DNA of 64,000 nt from Balanoglossus misakiensis (lineage: Eukaryota; Animalia; Hemichordata). The DNA is taken from contig CM082595.2 in assembly GCA_040954595.2 (NCBI GenBank), positions 3,581,943 to 3,645,942 on the forward strand, written 5' to 3'. Under the pieces are notes generated by a model. That model was not told the DNA's origin. It worked only from the letters and a program-made list of their open reading frames with translations, and did not search any database. The position numbers and the translations under genes are program-made. This document shows, piece after piece, positions 23,401 through 34,564 of this stretch (the first letter of the stretch is position 1; every line of letters begins with the position of its first letter).

Positions 23401-26400
23401 GATGTGATACTGCACATTCGGATACTGAGTGAACATTCTACAGCTACCCTCTGACCAAAGTGCTTGCATCAGATTTCATTACTTTCAAAGGAGAAGTCGG
23501 ATGCATACATAACGAAACAGGGGGTAGCAGGGTCAAACTCATCTGTCATCATCGCGAACTTAACTCCTCCAGTTTACATGCACCTCATGCTATCAATCTC
23601 TCAATCTTGCAATAGTCTTGGGAATGGAAAGTCTGGATCAAGCAGGCAGGCCACAGGGCTTGTTTCCAGGCAAGCCATCTGGTCAGCTTTGCATTCTCAA
23701 GGAAGTGGGTTTACATCTTTACCAAGTCACACTGACAGTGCAGCAATGTGAACGACCTAACTACTTTTTTCCGGGTTATAAAAAAGTCACACAACGCTGT
23801 CTGGTTTCACATGGCAAGCCAACAGGAAAGCAAGCTATAAAATGATGACACGTTTCAGCATCCTATGAATTTTCGACACCTCCGCATGATGGGGTAATAA
23901 AATCAGAACAATGGCCGACACCTGTCTAAGCATGCCCTTTGATGTTCCCACCATTTCTGTTTCCTTTATTTGTCAGTCACAGGGGAATTGGGACCACAAT
24001 GTGTCACTACAGCTGCCTGTTCATTCACATGTCACTGTGCATCTTCATTCCCGTCCAGCTAGCTCCCCACCCTCCATATTACAACCTGTCCATGACTTGG
24101 TCCAGATCCATTGTTTTCTACTGTAAAGTTGGACCTCTATACAGCGATATAGGGGTGAAAAGGTTAACAGATAGGGCTGGTTCTACCCAAAACGTGTGGC
24201 AATTGTTTTCCCTGTCATGTACCACCCGCCCTTTCTGTGATCTCTGCATCCACAGATCAGCACACAATGGTGACGGGGCACCAATAACACCAAAAGTGGG
24301 TGGAGTGTGTGCTGCTTTGTATTATCTACAAAGTCAGTGCACTCTAACACTCTGTGTTTCTCCCCTAATACATACAAGAACATCCTCCTACAAAGCAAAG
24401 CTGTTTCAGCCACTGCAGAACACATTAGCACTTTCTCTCCTTATCTGATACTGGTCATTAAGTCAGCCCCCAGAACCCAAATATTTATCCTGCCAATTTG
24501 TTTTGAATTGGCAAAATAAGCAAGCAAATTAGTCCCTGCCAAATTTAACTGTCGGTGTGTTTCATGTCATTTGACCAGGGAGCCAGAGTTCCACAGGACG
24601 TGCAGTCATCGGGTGACCTTTGAACTCTGGTTCCAACCAGGACAAGGTACCTACAAGTACACACATCCTAGGATCTGATTACCACCATGGGACTTCCTCG
24701 GCCCAGGGTGGGACAAGCTGTAACTTTCACAAAACACACAGTCGCATGCCAATAATGGGGTTAATAGCTGTGCTATGACCTTGTTTGCTGGCCACAATTT
24801 CTGTATGTCGTCCATTATGAGTTTTAGTCCAGCTGGTGTTTCCATCCTGTCCACAGGTTTCATGAACCTGGAAACACCAGCTAGATTTTAGACCGCCAGG
24901 AATCGTGCAGGTACACATACTGTGTTCATGCAATAACCATGAGATACTCAGCTTGATACAGGACGTGCATACATACATGGAGATGATCTGTATGACAATA
25001 CAGACAGGCATTGAAAGTTTTCAAGGTCTCAGCTCTCAAAAGCAAGGATGCAGAGATGATGTAATCGGGAGGCAGTTTTTTTTTTCTTCCTGGCAAAACA
25101 CCAGGGACATAATGACTAATTTACATGCCTTAAACAAATATGCAAATCGTCCGGAAAATGTATTCTGATTACCGCACGTTTTTTCTTCACAGCACACCAG
25201 GCGTTAGTTATCACCCTGCCTTCATTGTTATGCTCGCAGTGACTTTGAACAATCTGAAGCAAATTCTCCCCAGGATTACCCATTTCTTGTCTCACTTTAC
25301 TTACATGATGTAGAATTACACAGACTACCAAACCAGTTTGGTGACAGACATACAGAATTATTCCAACAACCACAGCACAGCAAGTCAAAAAACTCCAAAT
25401 CCCAAAACTGAACATGACTATGCATGCAATGCATACCATCCAACGCTTTTTTTCACAATCTCCATGAAAATTGAAATTTCTACCTTCCCATCAATTTTCA
25501 CACAGCTGATTACATATTTCTGAAACGAAACTCACACTCACTATGAAGTCACTATCACACTTTACACGAAATAATTAAAAATATGTCAAAAAATCTGTAT
25601 AAAATGGAAAAATCCCATCTCCATGTTTTATCATGTGGGTCACGTACCCCAGCTTGCACACAGCAATTAAGGATTGATGTAGAGGTAATGTATAGCACAG
25701 ACTCAGTGAACAAATAGAAAAAAAAACCTCTCTCTGCATGGTCCCTCCCATTTGATCAAACAAGATCCTCTGCGATCGCAATTACAGAAAAAAAACTGAC
25801 TACATGTATTTGGACAATAATAATCAGGGCCCATCCAGTCAATTGAACACGGTCAATCAATAGCCTTGTTTGGCAAACGTGCTGAAAGACCCAGCCTTGC
25901 CAGAACAATCGGTCTCATTATCTCAACAAACAGGAGAGAAACGATGGCCCCACTCCAAAAAAACAACTTCCCAGAACCAAAATATTTCGATCCAATGTTA
26001 ACTTGCCAGGTTCAATCAAATCCAAGGAGCCCAAGCCGTCAGGACTGTGCTCGAGTCAGACAAATTTAAACCATTTACAGAATTACCATTACTCCATTAC
26101 AATCTGTAATACTGCCTGGCTTGGGGCAATACAGTCTTCAATCGATAAACTCTGCTAGTCTGGGAATCCACTTTTAACAAGACATTGAAGTCAGTTTGAG
26201 TTTTGCTGATAAAACCATACCAGATACGTGATTATTTTTTCAATTCCTGTCTGGGGCAAAACCCTGGATTTGTGTAATGAAATGCCATTTGCGTATAGAT
26301 TTATAAGATTTTTGTCACCAATCAAAAACCAGTCAGGTTTACCAAGAATTTAACACAGCAGAATTACGATAAATTTACTCTCTCAATATAAACCGACACA

Positions 26401-28450
26401 AATCCAACACAATTGGTCGTAAGTACCAATTTCGTTTAATTTCACCGTAGCATTACAGGAATTAGGTGGTAAATTCAAAACCTGTGTTAATGTACACAAA
26501 CGCTCCCCACAAAAAATGTTACGACCAATCGCATCAGCTCACAGCCGGTCTATAAAACCACAGCCTTTGAGAAGCTTTATCAAACAACATGGCCCGTAAT
26601 CGTACACGCGATTGTCAATTTCCAGTGAAACTGACACAGACTTGAGCAACAACTGCCAGTAGATCCAGGCCCACAATACGCACCATGGGAGACATTAATA
26701 TTTCATGTACACCACGTCTGATGACTCATGGATGATACGCGTAATCTTCAGAACAACCTCAGGTCAACCAAGTCTGTCTCCAACACCGGGCTGGGATGCA
26801 AATATAAATTAGATGCTTTTTTACCAGCACAGTAAACCCGATTCTATTCCTCCCTGGATAAAGCAGGCACCCTAAAATTTTCAGCCTTCTTTCTATGTGT
26901 ATAAAATCAATTACGAGTATATTTATTGTGATATAGATAATTTTCTATATTATCTAATAATCTATCGACAATTTGATCAATCTAACTATCAATATATTTC
27001 AATGATATATGATATGATACATGTATATCATTCATTATATATGACATGATACATGAAACATACATGAATGTATGATATATTATGATATATATGGTGATGC
27101 AATATGATATACACATAGATGTATACCTTTGCAAACAATAGGGTTTAACAATAAAAGTTAGAACTAACAAATATCTGACAGTAGCAAAGAACAATGTTCT
27201 TATGGTATTAATCTGTTTGTTATTCTACAAATGTTCCAGTCACTTGTCACGTTCCTTACTGGTGCGTGCCACTACTTGTATTTGTCACCTTTATTGCCAC
27301 AATAAATTGACACGTAATCAGTTTTCAATAATCACACATGAAGTATAATGTTTGTATAATGATAATGATATTCTGATATGGCATAAAATTCTACTTCTTC
27401 AGATTGTAGTTGTTTGGCCAGTATTCCATTGTGGCCAGAAGACGGCAGCCTGTACTTTGACCATGACATGTCCAGCTAACCTAATGCCAAGGTCAGGGTT
27501 GGGACATATCAGAGGGTCAAACATCCAGGACTGTGGTGTCAAATTACTATCTTAAACTGGGCTATATTGGGAATCATTTCATCACCCAATTTCAGAGAAA
27601 TCTCGGCCAAACCCAGACACTGCCATGCTGTCATCACTTTTCAGGAAGTATAAGTCATGTACCCCTCGTCACCCATTGCAATGTTTGATATTGTGTTTAA
27701 CCTGGAAATCCCGGAAAAATAACAGTCTGTCAACCGGGTCTTTTCGGCACCACGCAACACCCTCGGAGAATAAACCGATCAGCTGCAAACCTCTGGAGAT
27801 TGTCTGGTTTACGATTTGGTTTCCGTTTCTCAGTTGTGCGTGCTTTTATTTCTTATCAAAATACAACTGTCAAGAACGTTGATAGCATTTAACATCTGAT
27901 AACAATATGCTGATCTCAAGACTGATACCCTATTAACCGGTCTCCGATTTCTATTTTGAAAATCTCTGCGGTTTTATAAAGCAGAGACAGGATTTGATTT
28001 CATGTATATTCCGGTCACCACTGCTATAGTATACTAAATATACATCAAATTATTACAAGAAACACTGCATAACCCATAACAGTATAGAGAGTGTCTGAAA
28101 TACTCCATGGTAAGTTCTGTTGTACACACAAATAATTTCTTGCAGAAATAAACCAAAATCAGAAATTCAGAACCAAGAACATACAGTGGAAGCTTCAATT
28201 ACACACAATATTTTTATAACTTACCGATGGGCGCATTGTCGTAAATCAACAAATCGTAGGCTCCCTGGTATCCGACTCTGTAATTTGTCCGGGTGCCGGA
28301 ATCCCACTGCACCACGACGGTCTTATCCGGAGATGCCGTGCTTCCGGCTTTGCCGATTTCCACCAGGGTTCCCAGGTGACCCTCGCCGTCGTCCTGGTTA
28401 CCCCACTTCCAGTCGGGACCGCGTACAACTCGCAGGCCAACGTCGATCAT
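14491..28450 (-). CDS. MIB2: E3 ubiquitin-protein ligase mind bomb 2-like, about 1031 aa (MIB/HERC2-ZZ-MIB/HERC2, MIB repeats, ankyrin repeats, RINGs)
   Basis: 20 phase-consistent GT-AG coding exons: 28450-28225, 22135-21964, 21785-21679, 21515-21321, 20837-20686, 20055-19945, 19680-19576, 19473-19299, 18607-18474, 18373-18225, 17986-17830, 17702-17548, 17378-17252, 17111-16902, 16685-16507, 16262-16025, 15904-15790, 15669-15604, 15212-15114, 14714-14491. Motifs [41 protein letters not shown] (MIB2-type ZZ), [17 protein letters not shown], and terminal [21 protein letters not shown]. Confidence 0.95.
14758..14970. mobile_element. MITE, Tc1/mariner-pogo-like, in the last MIB2 intron
   Basis: TA|CAGTCAAACCT ... 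AGGTTCGACTG|TA: terminal inverted repeats with TA flanks. Internal 17-bp tandem repeats (TAGTGGCCACCTCTATA x~4.5; ACCTGTCTATAAAGGCC x2). Confidence 0.85.
23050..23290. repeat. Interspersed repeat fragment, probably a non-autonomous DNA transposon
   Basis: 25-bp core TATTTGAAATTCAAAATGGCCGCCA (23079-23103) recurs exactly at 59080-59104; this copy ends TACTACCTTTAA. Boundaries approximate. Confidence 0.55.
24090..24167 (-). mobile_element. Short TTAA-ended (piggyBac-like) non-autonomous element copy
   Basis: Ends TAGGGGTGAAAAGGTTAA and is a diverged reverse complement of 52741-52836 (GTAAAGTTGGACCT versus AGGTCCAACTTTAC). Confidence 0.65.
26990..27125. repeat. Degenerate AT-rich (ATATG/ATATC)n low-complexity repeat
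   Basis: Repeated atatg/gatat/acatg units. Confidence 0.6.
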
Positions 28451-31400
28451 TATGGCAACTACACAGCTCTGCGAAACAAAGAATATACACTTTTAATATT
28501 TCTTACAAGTGCACATTTAACATGGCGTTCACATAGGGACCACTGGAATGTTTCTGAAACGTCTTAGCTCAATACTGGCATAAAATGTTTTGTCTCTGAA
28601 ACGTTTCAAATTTTACCCAGTGTGAACAATGGTATTATTCATGGATTAGGAATTTTTCATCATGTATGCTATGTGCATTTTGTGTATCGTAATATGTACC
28701 AGCAGTGTACCAAGTTAAACAGAATAGCTTGGCTGCCACGTTTTTTACTAACCACCATCACTATCTTGAATGGATGATGATCCAATTTTCTGAACAGATC
28801 AAATATGACAAGCACATGACTATACGGATCATAATTACCACTTGATAGCATCAATAAAATTAATAACCATAATTCATAATAATATGGCAATAAATCACAA
28901 GCTCCTTGTAGACTTTCAAGGCCACAGATTAAATACATGAAACAAAAATATATATCAAAAAATATTTTTCTGTTCTAAATGCTATGAATACAATATACTA
29001 GTAAAAGTTGTTATGCTCTGGAGAGAAGAAAATATTGATAACTTAATTAGGAAAATATTTACACAAAGTCTATGACATATTTGCACAATATTTCCACTCG
29101 AGTCATTTGAGCATATGCCTGTATTATTCCATGTCACGTCTGTTTCTATTTCGCCAAGCTGGGAAAATAAAAATAATTGGCTTAATTATCTAAATTATTC
29201 CTGCTGTGTCTCTCAGCAGTGCCGGGATAAATCGGAGGCGGAAAACGTGCCGTCGCTGCCGGAATGGCCTGGTGAACCCATTAACCGGGAAAGGGATAGA
29301 TTTCTGCTTTTCCGTCCGCCTTTCCCGGATCAGGTGCCTCTGCCACACGCGCGATACATTTCTGTCTGAAGTGTAATTGATAGTGGCTGCTCGGAGAAGA
29401 ATCTATAATCAATCCTGTAGCTGTTTTCCGGGATTTCCACTGCGCCCGGATCTCGCTTTCCTCGCAAAACCGTTTCACGCTACACTGGTTTGATCAAATG
29501 ACACCTATTTGATTATCCGTGTTTGTAATTAAATTTCCATTTACCGAGCTTCGTTTTGGAGTATGCTTTTATTGATTGGTGATATCTGAATATAAATTCG
29601 CTGCACAGAGAATTTTCCTGTCCAATTCTTTATCCCATTTTTTTGTATTCAATCCAATTTGGATTGGTTAAATTTAGTAAATAAAAAGACTGTTTAAAAC
29701 AGTTTCTCATACACTTGCCCTTACTCGTTATATTTTTTGTAAATATTTGAATTTGGCAATATGTGATATTTACTCAGACATTTCACTGGCTCGCAGGATC
29801 TACACAGTATCTATCAATCAATCATTCAATCAATAATAGGGCACATCAAAGCACTCCAGAATCAGCTGATCAGAATTAAATAATTACCCGACAAACAAGT
29901 CTTCTAATCTCATAAAAAATACTATGTCAATACTCCCTAATTTGGATGCCTTTTAACTGAATTTGTCTTTACATATCTGTGTTGCACACTGTCCATAATT
30001 GCAAAGCAATGGCCCACTTCATAGCTATAATGAACGAGATTAAATTCTTCAAACAAGGAAGTCACCGGGCAAAAAAACAAGTGCTCAGAAACCTTCAAGT
30101 GCCTTGGCCTTTATACTTTATAGCTTTGATGAATACACATAATGGCAGTGCACTACAAAATTATTTAAAATCACTTGGGAGATTTTAATAAATTTTGCAG
30201 GTAAAAGGGTACTGGAAAAACCACACAAATCAATACATAAAAATAAACAATATATGAGTGAGCAAATCCTATATCATGAGGTAGTACTGACTGGTCCACT
30301 TGTACTATTGTAGAGGGTTTTTTTTTTTCAAACTGCCTTTGTAGCAAACCAAGAAGAATAGGATGCCATGAAAATTAATTAAGTAAATTAAAAACTGTCT
30401 GTCCCTTGAATGCCTTCTGGAAAATCAATTTAAATCCTTTGTAATAAAGAAATCTTTCTATTTATTCTGAAATTCTGATTATTGGATTTGAAGTGATGCA
30501 AAGCTGTCGTTTTCTGCGTTCGTTAGCAACTGGAAAACCTGACAATTTGACAAGCACTTGACTTCTGTGCTGAGATACATTTTGGGATAAGTAGTGAAAC
30601 TTCCTGCGAACTGATCACAAATTAATAAATATTAACCATGAATCCATGATAATTGTTTAATCTTTTTGTGGGAAATATTTTGGTAAAATCAGTCTGATTA
30701 TATAACACAGTCTGCTGTGCATTTCAGACATCTGTACATAATGCATATGGTGAAATGTACACAAATTTATGTCTATTTCTGTATTATCATTTCTACCAGA
30801 TATCAACAAAACATTTCATTTTCTTTGCGATATTTGTTTAAAAGTTTGCGTTACAATCATTGATGGCACCAATTGTTACATAACACACAGTTTGGATGTT
30901 GTCAACAGAAGAAAAACGCCCACTAGATATCTCTATCAATCCACCAAAACTGGCGTTCTGGTGGCTTTGAACTCAAAGAGAGTAGAATGCTTGCTGTCAT
31001 TCTGAAAATGCCCACAATATTCTCAACAAGGTTATCCTGACACAAAGACACTGTCCCTGTTCAATGCAAAGATCTGTGAGTGTATTGTTATCAACTATTG
31101 GCAATAAAAGGGAATCACATCAAATTAGGATAAATTGCCTTTGAGCAGTTTAACATTGATTCATTTCAATTGACCACAGATGCAGCAAGAATCCCTTTTC
31201 CTCAAGTACGCTTACAAGGAAATCTCTCCAGACACACACCGTCTGTTCATCAGAGTGACTGGTGTCAAATGAGCTGAATTCAATCCTTCCATTGGCAGTG
31301 TTTATAAATTGCCTGTCATGTCTTCTATGAAAGATAGTCCAGGGCACACGGACGCGCTGGGGAGGCGCGGTGTGGAATTACAAAATACGGCCAATTATGA

Positions 31401-32521
31401 ACAACCCTTGGTAAATGGAACATCGCAATTTTACTTCTCGGATATGTGGAGTGCCATGATCTCTCTCTCTCTATTCATGACGAGTGACACCAACTCTACT
31501 CTTGTACAGGGTGTGTCTGTGGAGTCATTGAATTGAGAGACAAATGATTGGCAAGTCTAGTCTAGGGCTTCAGGAGACACACGTACAGACAAGCATGTCT
31601 ATAATGGCGACACTGCACTGGCCCCTGAAAATGTTCCCAGTAGCACTATAAATAAAGAGAGGGAACCAAAGCCAGCCTTGTGTGTTTGTTGAATATGGCC
31701 TTGACATTTTTTGTGGACATAAGATCGTCACAACGTACACACCATATTCCGATACACACGAAGCAGTGCGTTGGCCCCAGGAGAGGCAACACGTTTCTCG
31801 TATCAGTGTCACAGTCACATACCCACAATCGGTCATTCTCACCTTTTGATGGAAGTTGTTTTCAATGAATTAAATTTCTTTAGATAATGAAGATCAATTT
31901 ACACTCCCATTCACGACACTTTTTTGTCCAGATTCCGAAACAGCAACAAATTGGTCCATCTGGACGATTGATAGAAATATGCGCTTCCGCCTCCCAAATT
32001 GAAATGTGATCGACGCACGGCAATCGCATATTTACTGTAAACAAATATTAATCTATATGTTGTCTGAAATGCGTCCCGTTTCGAACACTAGTCTGAGAGT
32101 ATAATTTCAGTAAATACGGTTTGCAAACACCGCCCAATTACCAGATCATTCGTCAAATCGCGATCGCGTGTGGACGGGCTGGTTTAATAGGCCAGGCACC
32201 GATCACAAACGTGAATGGTGCATATCGGTGTGGTGTCCAACTTTTAAGTGATCCAAACTCACGCACCCGACCCATTTCAACGCTGATCGCTCATCCAAAA
32301 TGAAGGAGATATACTCAATAAGTGTACGTGACATTTCAAAATTGGCACGTCCTTGGTGGATCGTTTCCATTTGTTTCGGAAGCTTGTGTGAACCTTTATG
32401 GGTTTTGGAGTGTAAATACGACTGGGTCGAGCTATCGACTATCGTATCGGAACACTTCTTATTTCGAGACGCATTTCAAACATTTGGTGCCGATCAAAGT
32501 ACTACGACGATACGTACTTAC

Positions 32522-32660
32522 CTGATCTTTGGTACAGCACTTCAAAGCTGGCTTATTTCACCCTCGAAATTACTTATAAGAAAGGAAATGGTGTGCTATT
32601 GTACGCAGTCCTCGTCTAGTTACGATTTCCGCAAAATAACTCCGCCATTTTGAAACATAC
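32522..32660 (-). other. Probable non-coding first exon and TSS region of MIB2
   Basis: Strong minus-strand donor CAG|GTAAGT (intron starts 32521), CpG-rich context, and YY1-like AAAATGGCGG at 32643-32652. The coding exon has an acceptor 18 nt before its ATG (exon start 28468), so an upstream exon is needed. Confidence 0.6.
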
Positions 32661-33675
32661 ATAAATTGGTATGAGCATGCGTGTTGTGATAAGGGTACCC
32701 GGATGTGAACAACACCACAAGACGTTGACTACGGAAGTTTGTTTATTTGTCTGTAATCGACAAGGTGCAAGGAACAGTCTGATGTGGGGATAAATGATAA
32801 TACGAGGCTCTATTGCTTGTTGTCAATCCTGTCTTCTTTCTTTATAAAACACGCGTGTCACGACCCTATGTTATCCGTGTGTCATCACCCGGATAGCCGG
32901 GAGGGCTATCTGTGTTCCCATATGTGTTTTGCTGCTGGTCCATAGCCCTGACAATATCACTCAGTTTGTGTTGGGACTCCCCACTAGAAAGAAACATTCA
33001 AGGGATCGGTAGGGCTATAGATCCGCTGCAATTATACATAGCTAGGGACCGTAGAGCAATGGACTGAACCCTGGACCAGTCATTTCCTTGTAGTTATGTG
33101 TCTTTTCTGGCTAAAGTTTGTTTTGTTGTATGCAACTTGAGTCTTGAACAAAATCAACCATTTATAGAGACCATTTTCACTGTACCACAAGTCGCACACT
33201 AGTGTAGTATCTATCCGTACGTACTGATAAATACTAGACTGGTGGCAGAGAGCCACATCAGCTTTGATTTGACCATCGTATCACTCAACCGACGACAGTT
33301 TCCAAAGATTATACAAAGGAAGAAGCACCATACCGCCAGTGGTGGCGCCAGTAATTTTCCTACTGCGCTCTGCAAACATCATTGTCCCCGGTAGAGGGCG
33401 GCCACAGATCCGTCGTATCCAGGGCAAAATTAATAACACCAGTGTATTTTTTTCTTATTTCCATGTCCATGTACAGTAAATATAAGCAGCAAATGCAGAA
33501 GATAGCCTCGCGAAAATAAAGTGTTTTACAGTAGTTACGGACCTCATTTTACTCGATGGTCAGCTATATTTGCATTTGAGCTCCGCCCACTGATTGACGT
33601 CACATATCAAAAGCTTCCTATGCTAATACCTACGGCTACTCGATGGAAAAAAAGTTACGGACTTCATTTTACTTT

Positions 33676-33747
33676 GCATTTGACGGGGAATTGAACCCCG
33701 GTCTTCCGCGTGACAGGCGGAGATACTCACCACTATACTATCGAGGA
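33676..33747 (-). tRNA. tRNA-Asp(GTC), probably a pseudogene (3' acceptor strand lost)
   Basis: Minus strand reads TCCTCGATAGTATAGTGGTGAGTATCTCCGCCTGTCACGCGGAAGACCGGGGTTCAATTCCCCGTC, near-identical to metazoan tRNA-Asp, but continues AAATGC instead of GGGGAG, so only 2 of 7 acceptor pairs can form. Confidence 0.88.
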
Positions 33748-33847
33748 CAAGTTTTAAGTTACAACAAATGCGAAACTTACAAGTTGTAAGCTTTGCATTT
33801 GAGCTCCGTATCATATGCTAATACCTACGGTTACTCGATGGAAAATA

Positions 33848-34002
33848 CTGTAAAACACTTTATTTTCGCGAGTTATTTTTTTCGCGATATCAAGAGAGGC
33901 CACTTCAAAAACAATTTACGCGTCTTTTTATTTTCACGCTATTTTGGCTCTCGCGTGTATTTGGCGAAAATTAATTGCTCGCGAAAATAAAGTGTTTGAC
34001 AG
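33848..34002. mobile_element. MITE with about 25-bp TIRs and TA flanks
   Basis: TA|CTGTAAAACACTTTATTTTCGCGAG ... CTCGCGAAAATAAAGTGTTTGACAG|TA, with internal TTTTCGCG sub-repeats. A solo copy of the right TIR lies at 33507-33533. Confidence 0.85.
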
Positions 34003-34564
34003 TATACGTATAGGTGGCTATTATAATCTTAGCGAAAAGTTTGTTCTGGTTTTATTTTAATTGTTTGTAGCCTTTAATTTGTATCACGTTTTCTCACGTG
34101 AGCCATAAATAATTACATCTCCTTGCTGGTTATTTGGTATCATTGTGATTTCACTGAGACCTTAGTGCACATAGTGACTGACATGTTGAAAGATATGCGT
34201 ATTTTGCATTTCTGGCCCAGCAAACAATCCGGATTTTAATTGCTGAAGCAAAAATATTTTTTAATTGCCTAAGTAAAAATATTTGTTTATTAGTATAGCA
34301 TTTTAATCTTAATTTAATTTTAAACGAACGTGGCATCACCTGACTTGGGTCGACCACAGTACGTTGATTCACTCCCGCATGGGTGTGTCAATTAACCATA
34401 AGAGCCTTTCGACTTGAGTTGACCATTACGTCGATCGTCATTTGCATATTGGAGTGAACAAGCAGTCGCAGGGAAGGAAAATAGGCTGGGAAAGCTAGGC
34501 TGTTTTACATTTCCGACGGTAGTGATCGCTTTTCTACGGGGATTATTGGACTCTTTGGGCCTCC

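Noticed and set aside
23939-24448. 169-aa plus-strand ORF in a MIB2 intron
   Set aside because: No domain similarity; it overlaps a repeat fragment.
32856-33200. TGTCACGA start suggesting a solo LTR or an ncRNA between MIB2 and DVL
   Set aside because: No matching terminal CA with a target duplication, no second LTR, and no recognisable snRNA or snoRNA sequence.
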